64,000 nucleotides of DNA. Source: a virus (taxonomy: Duplodnaviria > Caudoviricetes). Below, one piece after another: positions 9,210 to 18,680 of the stretch. How positions within the stretch are numbered: position 1 is the first letter of the stretch; each line of letters begins with the position of its first letter. The notes under the pieces are model-generated. The model saw nothing but the letters and a program-made list of their open reading frames with translations. It was not told the origin of the DNA and made no database searches. The position numbers and the translations under genes are program-made. The DNA is taken from positions 96,001 through 160,000 of IMG/VR virus record IMGVR_UViG_3300033068_001989; one strand, given 5' to 3'.

Positions 9210-11990
9210 TTATTGAAATTTTATTCTATCTTCCACTTCTTTAGCGAATTTTTTAGCGATTTGGAATGCTTCTCCGTCACGAACTTCATAGGTTTTCGTT
9301 GTATTAAACATAGGTGCATACCTATTTTTAAGTTTAACCTTTATGACCTCACCCTGTCCATTCATGAATGTTTTAGCAAGTGTTACTGCTTTCCATGTAG
9401 GTATTCCAAGAACTTCCTTCTCTTTATCAGTAAGGAATTCATCAACTATGTTTATACCACCTTTAAAGTTCTTATCTCTTATAACTGTAGCATTTTTTCT
9501 GTTTTTAATACTGATATCATCAGGATCAGCAGTAATGAAGTAATCATCCTTATTTGGAGTATTTTCATCATCACTATCTTCAGTATCAGAAGATCCATTA
9601 TCGGCATTATCATTATCTTCAGGATTGGTTTTTCTTCCACCTTCCTCTTTATTATCTGAATCTTCCTTCTTAACCTCCTCCTTGAATTCGTAGACACCTC
9701 TTCTAGGATCTATAAGAGTCTCGTCTGTACTTACACCAACCTCTATACTCGAGCCTAAATTAGCATCATAATCATCCGGACCTATAATAAAATATTTATA
9801 AGCTGCCGGAGTATATTGTCTATCATCCGGATTTGCATACTCCATATCAGTTACTGAATAAACCGCAACTTTAGCTGGGCCTGCAGCCTCCTCATTAGTT
9901 AGAGTTAATGTATCCGAAGATTCTTTTGATTTACCGCTATCTTCAGTTTCTTCGTCTCCGTCTTTCTCATTCAATCTAGAATATTCAGGATACTTACCTA
10001 TAGTATTTATATACTCAAGTACATCCTCAAATTCAGAAAATTTATGTATAACAGATCCTCTTTTAGAAGATTCGTTTATCATTGGGGTTAACCAAAGTTC
10101 TCTATTGTTTTCTGAATCATTTACTCCAGATTCACCAGTTCCACCAGATTGTTCCTTATTTTTCTTCTCTGCCGACTTATCCTTCGTATTTTTATTTTCT
10201 TTTTTCTCTGGTTTTACGTTGTTTATCTTATTGTTTCCACTTGCAAACATCTCCGCTATATCATCACTAGACTTTGATCCAAGTTCCTCGTCGGTAAGAA
10301 GTTTACCTGAAACATTCACATAATCCTTTTGTGTTGTTTGGTAGTAATATTCATATGTTTCAGGAGCATCACCATCGGATATTATATATTGTTCAGAAGC
10401 TTCGTTATAATATTCTAGCAAAACTGACCAGTCACATATACCCATGAAATTAAAACTAGTAGCTATATCTTCAGGCTGATCAACATAAGCTACCTTAACA
10501 TCCATATCTTCATTATCTAGAATCCTTCTTAATCCAGAAAGACCACTTTGAGCGTTTATTGGTCCATTCTTTATAGAGATCAACGTAACAGCATGATCAG
10601 AAAGACCTTTCTGATATTCCTTGGAGTTTATAGCAGTTAATATAAATATTGAATCCCCGCTATTTCCTTTACCTACCTTAAATAATTCAGCAGTTGTTCT
10701 TGTATCATTACTATAAAGAAAACTTGCAGCTATACCAAGACCTGTACCAGCAGGTTGTTTCCAACATATTGTTATTGAAGTACCATCTTTTATCTTTCCC
10801 GGATCAAATTCCTTTCCTCCTTTACCTGATGCGATTGTATCCTCTATCTCATCCCATTTAGGTGCCTGATTGTCACTAAACCAATTCCATGTTGATCCTA
10901 TAGCATCAATAGCTAATAGTGCTTGACCTACAAAAGGAACTAATCTAGCACCACCCTTAGAAACACCTCTACTTAATCCAGTTCTAAATGCAGTTACTAT
11001 CTTAGGTAGAGAAGCTTTACCTAAAACAGCAGCTTTACCTGCTCCTTTTACTCCTCTAACTATAGACTTACCAACAACTACAGTATCTTTAAATTTAAGA
11101 AGATCTACTAGACCACTTCCTAAGACTTTTACTTTTTTAACTCCACCTGATGCAACATTTTTAAGAAATTGTCCAGATTTTGCAAGTAGACCAGTAGCTT
11201 TAGCACCTTCTGTAGCAACAGTAGCTGCTGGTGCAAGACCTCTTATTGATTTTAAAGCTGCTCCTGCAGCAACACCATATCCAACTCTTCTTAATACCGC
11301 CCACGTTACACCTATACCAGCTCCAATAGCTGCGTATTCACCTGCAGTTTTTAGTATACCTTCAACCAATTCTTTCATTGTAGTATCAGGATCAACTGGT
11401 CCTCCAGGGAGTGATTCCTTAATTGATATAACTTTAACCTTAGAATCATCTGATCCAGGAAGAGCAACCATCTTAAATGCTTTGAGCGTTTCGTCAACAT
11501 TTATTTTTGTTTCTGGGTCCTCCATACTGACAAATACAGCTTTTTCCTCACCAGTAGGTAAATCTGCATCCACAGAATTTATATTCTTAAGTTTACCATC
11601 AGCTTTAAGTTTATTATAAGCATAATGAAATTTTATACCAATTTTAGCTTCAGCCGATATTGGTTCGTCTGCTTCATTTAAACTATCATATTCATCAAAA
11701 GATAAAACATCAGATTCATTCAAATTGTTATGAAATCTATAAGATCCTACATTTTCCTTTATGAGATCAGTCAAACTGTTTCCATATCTACTAGTTTCTT
11801 CAGAATCAGCAACCCATTGTCTTTTATTAGCATCCATCCATTTTTTAAACTCCGAAGATTCTGCCCACCATTGAAAATCATCAAATGTTTTTTCCTGTGG
11901 ATTTAATTCAGAAATATCGGTAGGTATGCTTATCATTGGAAAATCGTCGCCAATGTTATATTTCCCATTTTTGGGTAAAAATATATTCAT
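9210..11990 (-). CDS. Large putative virion/ejection protein
   Basis: 926 aa; Gly/Ala-rich hydrophobic segment, acidic linkers, repeated F-x-x-F/Y...LNE motifs. Confidence 0.5.
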   Translation of the reverse strand: MNIFLPKNGKYNIGDDFPMISIPTDISELNPQEKTFDDFQWWAESSEFKKWMDANKRQWVADSEETSRYGNSLTDLIKENVGSYRFHNNLNESDVLSFDEYDSLNEADEPISAEAKIGIKFHYAYNKLKADGKLKNINSVDADLPTGEEKAVFVSMEDPETKINVDETLKAFKMVALPGSDDSKVKVISIKESLPGGPVDPDTTMKELVEGILKTAGEYAAIGAGIGVTWAVLRRVGYGVAAGAALKSIRGLAPAATVATEGAKATGLLAKSGQFLKNVASGGVKKVKVLGSGLVDLLKFKDTVVVGKSIVRGVKGAGKAAVLGKASLPKIVTAFRTGLSRGVSKGGARLVPFVGQALLAIDAIGSTWNWFSDNQAPKWDEIEDTIASGKGGKEFDPGKIKDGTSITICWKQPAGTGLGIAASFLYSNDTRTTAELFKVGKGNSGDSIFILTAINSKEYQKGLSDHAVTLISIKNGPINAQSGLSGLRRILDNEDMDVKVAYVDQPEDIATSFNFMGICDWSVLLEYYNEASEQYIISDGDAPETYEYYYQTTQKDYVNVSGKLLTDEELGSKSSDDIAEMFASGNNKINNVKPEKKENKNTKDKSAEKKNKEQSGGTGESGVNDSENNRELWLTPMINESSKRGSVIHKFSEFEDVLEYINTIGKYPEYSRLNEKDGDEETEDSGKSKESSDTLTLTNEEAAGPAKVAVYSVTDMEYANPDDRQYTPAAYKYFIIGPDDYDANLGSSIEVGVSTDETLIDPRRGVYEFKEEVKKEDSDNKEEGGRKTNPEDNDNADNGSSDTEDSDDENTPNKDDYFITADPDDISIKNRKNATVIRDKNFKGGINIVDEFLTDKEKEVLGIPTWKAVTLAKTFMNGQGEVIKVKLKNRYAPMFNTTKTYEVRDGEAFQIAKKFAKEVEDRIKFQ

Positions 11991-11998
11991 AATATAAA

Positions 11999-12814
11999 TT
12001 ATTTTTCTGTGTAAATTTTATCGTATGATTTAGATATAGTATCTATTAATTTCTCTATATATCCATCATTTCTTAGTTTTTTGAACACGAGATTCCCTAT
12101 AGACATCTCGCCGTCTTTGGAAAGACTTTCTTTCCTCATTTTTTGTATCTTATCTTTAAGTTTAAGGCATCTTTTATATAATGACTTGGCATTACTCGGG
12201 GGATCTGATTGATCCTTTAATTTCACATCTAAAGAATCAATCTCATTCGAAATTGAATCATATTTTTTAGATACGTCCATCTCGTCTATAGTCGGCGGAT
12301 CAAAAACAGGTTTTCTTACCCATTTATTATTCAACAACGAAAAGAGACCAGTGGAATCATGAACCTCATTCTCACTCTGGAGATATAGTTCTGTATCATA
12401 TCCTCTAATAGAAATATTATGTCTAAGATTCCATATGAATCTTACCCCGTCTATAGCGGCTTTTAGTATTTTTGGATTCTCGTCATCTATACCATCAAGA
12501 TTCACGATAACATGAACATCCAGATCCGAGAAATTGGTGTAGTTGTAATTAGATAAAGATCCGGTTAATTGGACATCCTTTATTACTCTCCCTTTTAGAA
12601 GTTCAGGGAATTTTTCGTAGAAATCATTAGCGATTCTTAAAAGTTTTCTTCTAACCCGCTGATCGAATACCCACTCGATGTTTCCATCATCATCCTTCTT
12701 TTTTTTCCAAAAGATAGGATTTAGCTCGTCATGATAAAATGCTCCAATCTCCTTCTCGGTGATTAGATCATTCACATTATGTACGAATAAATTAAAATTA
12801 AATACCTTGTTCAC
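11999..12814 (-). CDS. Pol-beta-superfamily nucleotidyltransferase
   Basis: LTGSLSNYNYTNFSDLDVHV (GS...DxD) and third acidic residue in DTELY; GTG start. Confidence 0.75.
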   Translation of the reverse strand: MNKVFNFNLFVHNVNDLITEKEIGAFYHDELNPIFWKKKKDDDGNIEWVFDQRVRRKLLRIANDFYEKFPELLKGRVIKDVQLTGSLSNYNYTNFSDLDVHVIVNLDGIDDENPKILKAAIDGVRFIWNLRHNISIRGYDTELYLQSENEVHDSTGLFSLLNNKWVRKPVFDPPTIDEMDVSKKYDSISNEIDSLDVKLKDQSDPPSNAKSLYKRCLKLKDKIQKMRKESLSKDGEMSIGNLVFKKLRNDGYIEKLIDTISKSYDKIYTEK

Positions 12815-12850
12815 AAAAAAAGCTTTCCTCTATATATCAAAGGAAAGCTT
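12812..12850 (-). terminator. Hairpin/terminator whose loop contains the late promoter motif GATATATA
   Basis: Minus strand reads AAGCTTTCCT-TTGATATATAG-AGGAAAGCTT-TTTTT-GTG; the GTG is the start of the NTase ORF. Confidence 0.7.
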
Positions 12851-12870
12851 TAAAGTATTTAACTAATATT

Positions 12871-13569
12871 CTAGAAGCAGACTTTCTCAAGAACCTCCAT
12901 GACGGTTCTTACGTCTATTTCACAATAATCTTTTATTTCATCATATGCCTGATTATCCCAAAAGTATCCATTAACTTTAGAGCCATCCATATTTTCTTTA
13001 GGTGATTTAACACCAAGAGAACAAGAAAGAAGATCAAGGCTTAGATATTTTTGTTGCGTCCAGCTACCAAAAGCAAAGACATCTGAGGTATCAATATATG
13101 GTATTTCCCATGGCTTTTTATCCCACACTTGTAGATTCGCTGATGGATTTATACCATTATAAACCATCCTTTTACCTAAACATGGAACGTCAAAACCTTT
13201 TATATTATGTCCACATAATTTCCAATTTTTTGCCATTGCATTATTGAAAACCTTGTTACTTTTTTCTAAAATATCTATCTCGTCGGTACCGTAAAAAGAT
13301 TTAAAAACTTTTTCACCATTGCTAAAGGAACCAAAAGAAACGCAAACAACTCTGGAAAATTCAGGCTCTAAGGATGCCTTAGCTAGATAAACATCACCAT
13401 CGCTCCAGTGTGATATTTCAGGATTAGCCCCTCTATAATAGATAGCTCTCTTTTTCCATAACTCTGCAAGTCTTGGATTCTTTCTTTCAAGTGTCATAAA
13501 ATCCTTCTCTGAGCAAACAGTTTCGACATCAAAATAAAGATAGGTTTCAATAGTTTCTAATTTGAACAT
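12871..13569 (-). CDS. DEDDy 3'-5' exonuclease (PolB-exonuclease-like, stand-alone)
   Basis: FDVET, HNIKGFD, YCEID motifs; likely start MFKLE at 13569. Confidence 0.82.
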   Translation of the reverse strand: MFKLETIETYLYFDVETVCSEKDFMTLERKNPRLAELWKKRAIYYRGANPEISHWSDGDVYLAKASLEPEFSRVVCVSFGSFSNGEKVFKSFYGTDEIDILEKSNKVFNNAMAKNWKLCGHNIKGFDVPCLGKRMVYNGINPSANLQVWDKKPWEIPYIDTSDVFAFGSWTQQKYLSLDLLSCSLGVKSPKENMDGSKVNGYFWDNQAYDEIKDYCEIDVRTVMEVLEKVCF

Positions 13570-13584
13570 AATTATAATTTTATA

Positions 13585-13615
13585 CAAATATAATCAAATA
13601 TTACGGAATAAAAAA
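13585..13615 (-). promoter_or_regulatory. Putative early/host-sigma promoter (Bacteroidota-type -7 TAnnTTTG with upstream TTCCGTA box)
   Basis: TTTTTATTCCGTA-N9-TATATTTG, near-identical to 32425-32455 and similar to 20041-20070. Confidence 0.65.
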
Positions 13616-13616
13616 A

Positions 13617-14522
13617 TTATTTCTTTGAAATTTTATTAATAACTGTCGGGGGTAACCCTCTATGTGATTTTAAATATTCAAGATAACAAAGTTCCTTGTT
13701 TGGTGAATCTATTATAACATCAATGTCAAGTCCAAAAGTTGGAATTCTCATTGTTAATAAATCAGTACAAGTAGGGGAGAGAGCTTTACCGTTATTATCA
13801 ACATCTGCTGCTTCTGAATGAAAGAAGAAAGGTTTAGTATTTACCTTCCATGTTGATGCTGCAAGAAACATAGCCTCTCTTATAGATAATCCACCATCAT
13901 TGAACTGATGTGGTAATATTCTAAAGCATAGAGGTATCCCTGTTTCATAATAAACACCGGATAGAAGATCGGTTATTGAAAAAAGACTGGGTTTCTCGTC
14001 ATTAGTGACTGTTAATCTCTGAATTGTAGAATTTTTGAGTTTAGAGACCATCGAGCAGAATTCCTTCATTGTTTTTTTTCTGTTACCGTAGGCTGATCCT
14101 ATCCTTATAACTATCGAAGGTCCATTCATACCGATTACACCAAGAACATCGGAAAGCTTATTAAGTAGCTTTATAGTTTTTATTCTAATATCCTCGATTT
14201 GACTTCCTAGAAAATAATCCTTACCTATAAATATAACAACTCTCATCGAGTTTTTATTTATCAGTGAATTTATATCATTAATTTTTTCAGAGAGAAGAGG
14301 ATTTTCCTCCTCTATTAAATCGTCATCAAGGAAATCCTGAGTTATATCAAGCTCACTAAGATTTAAACAAACTATCTTAGATGATATCTTGGAATTTATT
14401 ATACATAAAGCCAAGATAAGATCAAGTATATCATCATATGAACATACTTGCTTATCTATTGTTATTGATTTCTTGGGAATCCCAAGATACGATATATTTG
14501 TTTGATTGTGTCCGAATATCAT
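13617..14522 (-). CDS. UV-damage endonuclease (UvsE/UVDE)-like protein, catalytic residues degenerate
   Basis: Overall UvsE layout (IRIGSAYGN, RLTVTNDEK, FSITDL, AASTW, IPTFGLDIDVII), but most His/Glu metal ligands are replaced. Confidence 0.65.
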   Translation of the reverse strand: MIFGHNQTNISYLGIPKKSITIDKQVCSYDDILDLILALCIINSKISSKIVCLNLSELDITQDFLDDDLIEEENPLLSEKINDINSLINKNSMRVVIFIGKDYFLGSQIEDIRIKTIKLLNKLSDVLGVIGMNGPSIVIRIGSAYGNRKKTMKEFCSMVSKLKNSTIQRLTVTNDEKPSLFSITDLLSGVYYETGIPLCFRILPHQFNDGGLSIREAMFLAASTWKVNTKPFFFHSEAADVDNNGKALSPTCTDLLTMRIPTFGLDIDVIIDSPNKELCYLEYLKSHRGLPPTVINKISKK

Positions 14523-14536
14523 CTATAGGGTTTCTT

Positions 14537-14566
14537 ATTTGTACTATAAATGATTGAATTGGTTTC
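14537..14566 (-). promoter_or_regulatory. Putative ECF/middle-type promoter GAAAC-N18-TACAAAT
   Basis: Recurring motif class. Confidence 0.55.
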
Positions 14567-14568
14567 TC

Positions 14569-15048
14569 TTAATTGTTTGTCTCCTGTCCTAATTCACTAG
14601 CGCTATAGACAGTTTTTGAATTATATACTGATCCAGGTAGCTCACTTGCTTTGCTTTTAGATATGGTTTCCATGTTCCCGTGATTCCCACCTTCTGCAAA
14701 TTTTATGCAATCTGATTTTATTTCTATTACCTTCTTGCTTTTCTTTCCTTTAATATAGGATTGTATAAAATATCTATACTGTTTATTGTCAGGATTTCTG
14801 AAGCATCTAACTATAACACCTATAACTTTTTTCTTTGAATCGATAGGCTGAGATTCTACAACATCTCCTATTTGAAATTCAGAACCTTCAACTGTTCTAT
14901 CCACATTTGGATCCGGTCCAACTGATACAGAAAGGTCACCATAAGGTTTATAGCTAACTTTCATAACACCATTACCACTTCCGAGACCATACGTATCACC
15001 AAATACGCCACCATCAAGATATTCGTTTATGTCCTTAATATATTTCAT
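14569..15048 (-). CDS. Hypothetical protein with SH3/KOW-like domain, possible virion protein
   Basis: FQIGDVVES...GVIVR beta pattern; N-terminus MKYIKDINE. Confidence 0.45.
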   Translation of the reverse strand: MKYIKDINEYLDGGVFGDTYGLGSGNGVMKVSYKPYGDLSVSVGPDPNVDRTVEGSEFQIGDVVESQPIDSKKKVIGVIVRCFRNPDNKQYRYFIQSYIKGKKSKKVIEIKSDCIKFAEGGNHGNMETISKSKASELPGSVYNSKTVYSASELGQETNN

Positions 15049-15062
15049 TTAGAATTATTATT

Positions 15063-15599
15063 TTATTTCTGATTTTTTTGGATATTTATAACATCCCTTA
15101 TCTTAGCAGCAAGCTCAAATTTCTCATCAGAAAGTGCTTTTTTTAGCATTTTATCAAGTGCATCAGATTCTGTTGTTTCCTCCTCTGGTTGATTTTTTAT
15201 ATTATTAGCTATTAGATACATCCTCTGAGGTGAATATATTACTTCCAACGTTGGGTCTAGAACCATCTCACCCATTATATCTTCCCCTTCCTCCTCCATT
15301 TCTTCCTTTATCTCGTTGAGATATTCCTCAGTCCATAATGGGTTATCCCAAAATATCATCCAATAACCATATATTAATTCAGGTATGTTATTTTCAATAA
15401 CATATTTAAGGAGACTCTTTAATTCATTCTTAAGATCATTCTTGGTAATGCCATCAGCAAAAGCCTTTCTCTTAACTCCTGGTATAACAGATACCCCGTC
15501 ACCAACTCCATGTTTAAAACATTTATTGACATCAAATATAACATCCCAGTCCATTCCTGAAATAACCTTGTCTATGACTCTATCAGTTTCCTTTTTCAT
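15063..15599 (-). CDS. Protein with C-terminal UVR (UvrB/UvrC) motif
   Basis: LDKMLKKALSDEKFELAAKIRD matches the UVR coiled-coil motif. Confidence 0.6.
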   Translation of the reverse strand: MKKETDRVIDKVISGMDWDVIFDVNKCFKHGVGDGVSVIPGVKRKAFADGITKNDLKNELKSLLKYVIENNIPELIYGYWMIFWDNPLWTEEYLNEIKEEMEEEGEDIMGEMVLDPTLEVIYSPQRMYLIANNIKNQPEEETTESDALDKMLKKALSDEKFELAAKIRDVINIQKNQK

Positions 15600-15603
15600 T
15601 CTT

Positions 15604-15611
15604 TATATATC
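15604..15611 (-). promoter_or_regulatory. Putative late promoter GATATATA
   Basis: Exact octamer overlapping the stop of the gp62-like gene, only 4 nt before the next ATG. Confidence 0.45.
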
Positions 15612-16033
15612 TATTTTTTTAAACCTAACTGATCAGAAACATCTAGCATCCAGTCGTTATATTTATCAGGATAGAATTCTTTCAGCTGTGAAAGATCTCT
15701 CCTGGATATCTTGTATCTATCACAAATAAAATTTTCAATTTCGCTATAATCAGAAACTTTTGTTTTTTTTCCAGTAGTTTCTTTTTTTATTGTCTTTGTG
15801 TATATCCAAGCGGGAGGTTTAGAAAATCTATTAGATAAAGTATCTCTCCACCAATCAACAACAAAATGAGGGGTTACTCTCATTTTGTTAAATTGATTAG
15901 CTTGTACGGGAAATTGTATAGACATTATTCTATTGATCATAAAGAAATTACGAACCTTGTCATTTTTACCTACAGAATCCCACGTTCTTTGATTTTTTGA
16001 AAATATATTTTTTACTATATCGAAAAGTTCCAT
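15611..16033 (-). CDS. gp62: Clamp loader small subunit (T4 gp62-like)
   Basis: MELFDIVKNIF...NFFMINRIMS...WIY...YKISRR pattern typical of gp62; near the gp44-like gene. Confidence 0.65.
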   Translation of the reverse strand: MELFDIVKNIFSKNQRTWDSVGKNDKVRNFFMINRIMSIQFPVQANQFNKMRVTPHFVVDWWRDTLSNRFSKPPAWIYTKTIKKETTGKKTKVSDYSEIENFICDRYKISRRDLSQLKEFYPDKYNDWMLDVSDQLGLKK

Positions 16034-16035
16034 TA

Positions 16036-17190
16036 TTATAAGTATGAAAAAGGATCAAATCCCTTTGGTTGGTATCCAGTTGTTATCCATTCGCTTCCCT
16101 CTAATATTTTTATTCTATCCAGGGTAACAGCTTTCTTCTCCATCTCGAGTCCTCTTGTTATTTCCTGTGAAGCACCCTTTATTACGAAAGGTGGTATGAC
16201 CTTATAATTTAGCCACATAAGAATAAGATTTCTTTCTAGATTATGAGAAACCTTTTTTCTATTTTCGGTTGTATCGACATCCTTAGTTGTTCTTAATATC
16301 AATCCACTTATCCAATTAAGGAATTCCGTGTTTTTAATTAACGAATCAAAAGGAACACCGAACCATTCAGTTTCCAATAATGAAGCATAAATCTTCTTAG
16401 CTTTACTGTCAGTAAATCTAACTAATTTATCTTGTCCATCTTTATTTTTAACCATATATTCCCAAACACTCGGAACGGAATCACCATCATCACCGATTAG
16501 GATCTTATGGAATATAAAAGAATAGCTATCAATCTCTTCGACCTTCACTTTTTTAAGAAACTCTTTAAATTTATCCTTCTCTGGAGATATTGCCGATGAC
16601 ATGTTGAATATACTCATTCCAACAGAATCATTTTTATTTAGCCACAATTCCTCCCATTTCTGATGAACAGATAACATATTCTTTTTTGAATTTGTGTTCC
16701 ATACAGCGGTCCATGCTTTATCGTTCATTCTTGCTAATTGGTGCATATCGTGATCACCACTAATTATGATACAATTTTCACCATTCAAATTGAAATAATC
16801 GGACCAGAACATTAGTAGATCATCTCCTTCAGCACCTTCAACTCTAGAAAATATGAATCCCATTTTCTCTAATTGTTCACCGAATGCTGTCATCAATTCG
16901 AAAAATATCGTCCAGTCCACCGTCTCATCCTTCACTCTTCCAGATTTATAGCCACCGTTTTCTATCTCGACATCCTTTCTCCAGCTCCGACTATCAGCGG
17001 TAAATACCATTCTCCCACCTTGTGGAAGCATCTTAAGTGAAGAACATAAATCAGTAGAAACTTTTCTTATAAAAGCTGCCTGCTCAGATTTCTCCTTCAG
17101 AACCTTTCCTGGGTCCATATTTCCATATCCTGCAAATACCCCGAAAGTTTTATGGAAATGATGATTCCCGTCTATACATACATTTATCAT
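16036..17190 (-). CDS. rnh: 5'-3' exonuclease / T4 RNase H-like flap nuclease
   Basis: IDGN, DSRSWRK, YKSGR, EGDD, SGDHDMHQL, GDDGDSVP motifs. Confidence 0.88.
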   Translation of the reverse strand: MINVCIDGNHHFHKTFGVFAGYGNMDPGKVLKEKSEQAAFIRKVSTDLCSSLKMLPQGGRMVFTADSRSWRKDVEIENGGYKSGRVKDETVDWTIFFELMTAFGEQLEKMGFIFSRVEGAEGDDLLMFWSDYFNLNGENCIIISGDHDMHQLARMNDKAWTAVWNTNSKKNMLSVHQKWEELWLNKNDSVGMSIFNMSSAISPEKDKFKEFLKKVKVEEIDSYSFIFHKILIGDDGDSVPSVWEYMVKNKDGQDKLVRFTDSKAKKIYASLLETEWFGVPFDSLIKNTEFLNWISGLILRTTKDVDTTENRKKVSHNLERNLILMWLNYKVIPPFVIKGASQEITRGLEMEKKAVTLDRIKILEGSEWITTGYQPKGFDPFSYL

Positions 17191-17205
17191 TATTAATATT
17201 TTAAA

Positions 17206-17727
17206 TTAATTAGAGAGATTAATCCACTCCATTGCTCCATCTATAATAAAATTTGGATCAGTTATTCTATGATCGAAATCGGTAAAGTTTTCAAAATCAT
17301 TCTCATCAGAAGCTAATCTTCTATCAACGATGTCAGCATCTTTTCGTTTAAGTAATCTTTCTCTTCTAACTTCAAAAGGTATATCGATATAAACTATAAA
17401 AGATTCTTTCCTATCCTCCGTTTTTAATTTACCTATACCTCCCGGTGTCATTATGAACAGATTTGATTTTTCAAATTCTTCAATTGATGTACCATAGAAC
17501 CATCCATTAAACATTACATATTCATATAGGAGTTTCTTCTCTATAAAATTATGTATAGCAGAATCCAAACTTATAAAATGATAATCGATACCATTAACCT
17601 CACCATCTCTTGGTGGTCTTGTCGTATGCGATACACAATATTTGAATCCATAATTTTCCATCTGTTGTCTAGCATGATCTTTTCCTGAACCTGCTTTTCC
17701 AACCAATATAATTCTTTTATTACTCAT
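17206..17727 (-). CDS. gmk: Guanylate kinase
   Basis: GKAGSGKD Walker A, SHTTRPPRDGEVNGIDYHF, WFYGT. Confidence 0.92.
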   Translation of the reverse strand: MSNKRIILVGKAGSGKDHARQQMENYGFKYCVSHTTRPPRDGEVNGIDYHFISLDSAIHNFIEKKLLYEYVMFNGWFYGTSIEEFEKSNLFIMTPGGIGKLKTEDRKESFIVYIDIPFEVRRERLLKRKDADIVDRRLASDENDFENFTDFDHRITDPNFIIDGAMEWINLSN

Positions 17728-18671
17728 TATTCAATAAGTTTTTGGATCTGAAAAAATAACGAAAGCAATGATACCATTGGATCAATTACTTGGGTTCTTT
17801 GTGCCTGGTGTTCAGCAACGAGAACTATCACTGCTGGAATAATCTTTGATAAATCAGATCTATTATTTATTATCCAGTTTATAAACTCATCTCCTAATGC
17901 AGACATGACATCATCAGTTTTACCCTGATATTCACCAACTATTGTCTGATAATTCTTAACCGGATCCTTAGATGTAACTAGGAGATTGTATAAATTCTCA
18001 TAAGACCACCCAAACTCTTTAACCCTAGCTGAATCTATATTTTTAACACCTTCTATCATCCAGGCTTGTATCTTGTTTAATGCAGCTCTAAAATCTGGAT
18101 AATAACTTTTCTGAAATTCTGACAAAGCTTCATTTTCTATAGTCACCCCAATTTTACCAAGGATGAAATTTACTCTGGTAGCCCATTCAGCTTTAAGACT
18201 CTCATCCTCCTCTGTACTTATTGGGTTGAAGTCAATAACCTCAAATCTACTCTGAATAGCATCAGGAACCTTATTTATATAGTTACATGTGGCTATAAAC
18301 CTTGTATTCGAAGCATATTTTTCCACCGTACCTCTTAGTGCTTTATAGAATTGATCCGATGCACCATCAAACTCATCTAATACAACAACTTTCTTCGACG
18401 ATTTTCCATCCATAACGGATATAGTCGAACAAAAGTCAGTTATTTTTGTTCTGATTGTTTCAACTGAACTTTCATCGGAAACATTTATAAATAAATGGGG
18501 AAACGGTGCTGCTAATATCTTTGCTAATGTCGTTTTTCCACAACCAGGAGATCCGCTAAGTAAAACGTTTTGTCCTAAACCATTCTCAAAAACTTTGGAA
18601 ATTCTTGAGGGCAATATCATATGCTCCAGCTTTTTGGGTCTGAGCTTCTCTGTTAATAATTCTTGTATCAT
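17727..18671 (-). CDS. gp44: Clamp loader AAA+ subunit (gp44/RFC-like)
   Basis: EKLRPK, GSPGCGKTT, LDEFD, FIATCN, IQSRF. Confidence 0.9.
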   Translation of the reverse strand: MIQELLTEKLRPKKLEHMILPSRISKVFENGLGQNVLLSGSPGCGKTTLAKILAAPFPHLFINVSDESSVETIRTKITDFCSTISVMDGKSSKKVVVLDEFDGASDQFYKALRGTVEKYASNTRFIATCNYINKVPDAIQSRFEVIDFNPISTEEDESLKAEWATRVNFILGKIGVTIENEALSEFQKSYYPDFRAALNKIQAWMIEGVKNIDSARVKEFGWSYENLYNLLVTSKDPVKNYQTIVGEYQGKTDDVMSALGDEFINWIINNRSDLSKIIPAVIVLVAEHQAQRTQVIDPMVSLLSLFFQIQKLIE

Positions 18672-18680
18672 TTATATTAA

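Noticed and set aside
1353-9697. Nested same-strand alternative-frame ORFs 1353..1613 and 9479..9697
   Set aside because: Short, inside larger genes, and lacking start context or motifs.
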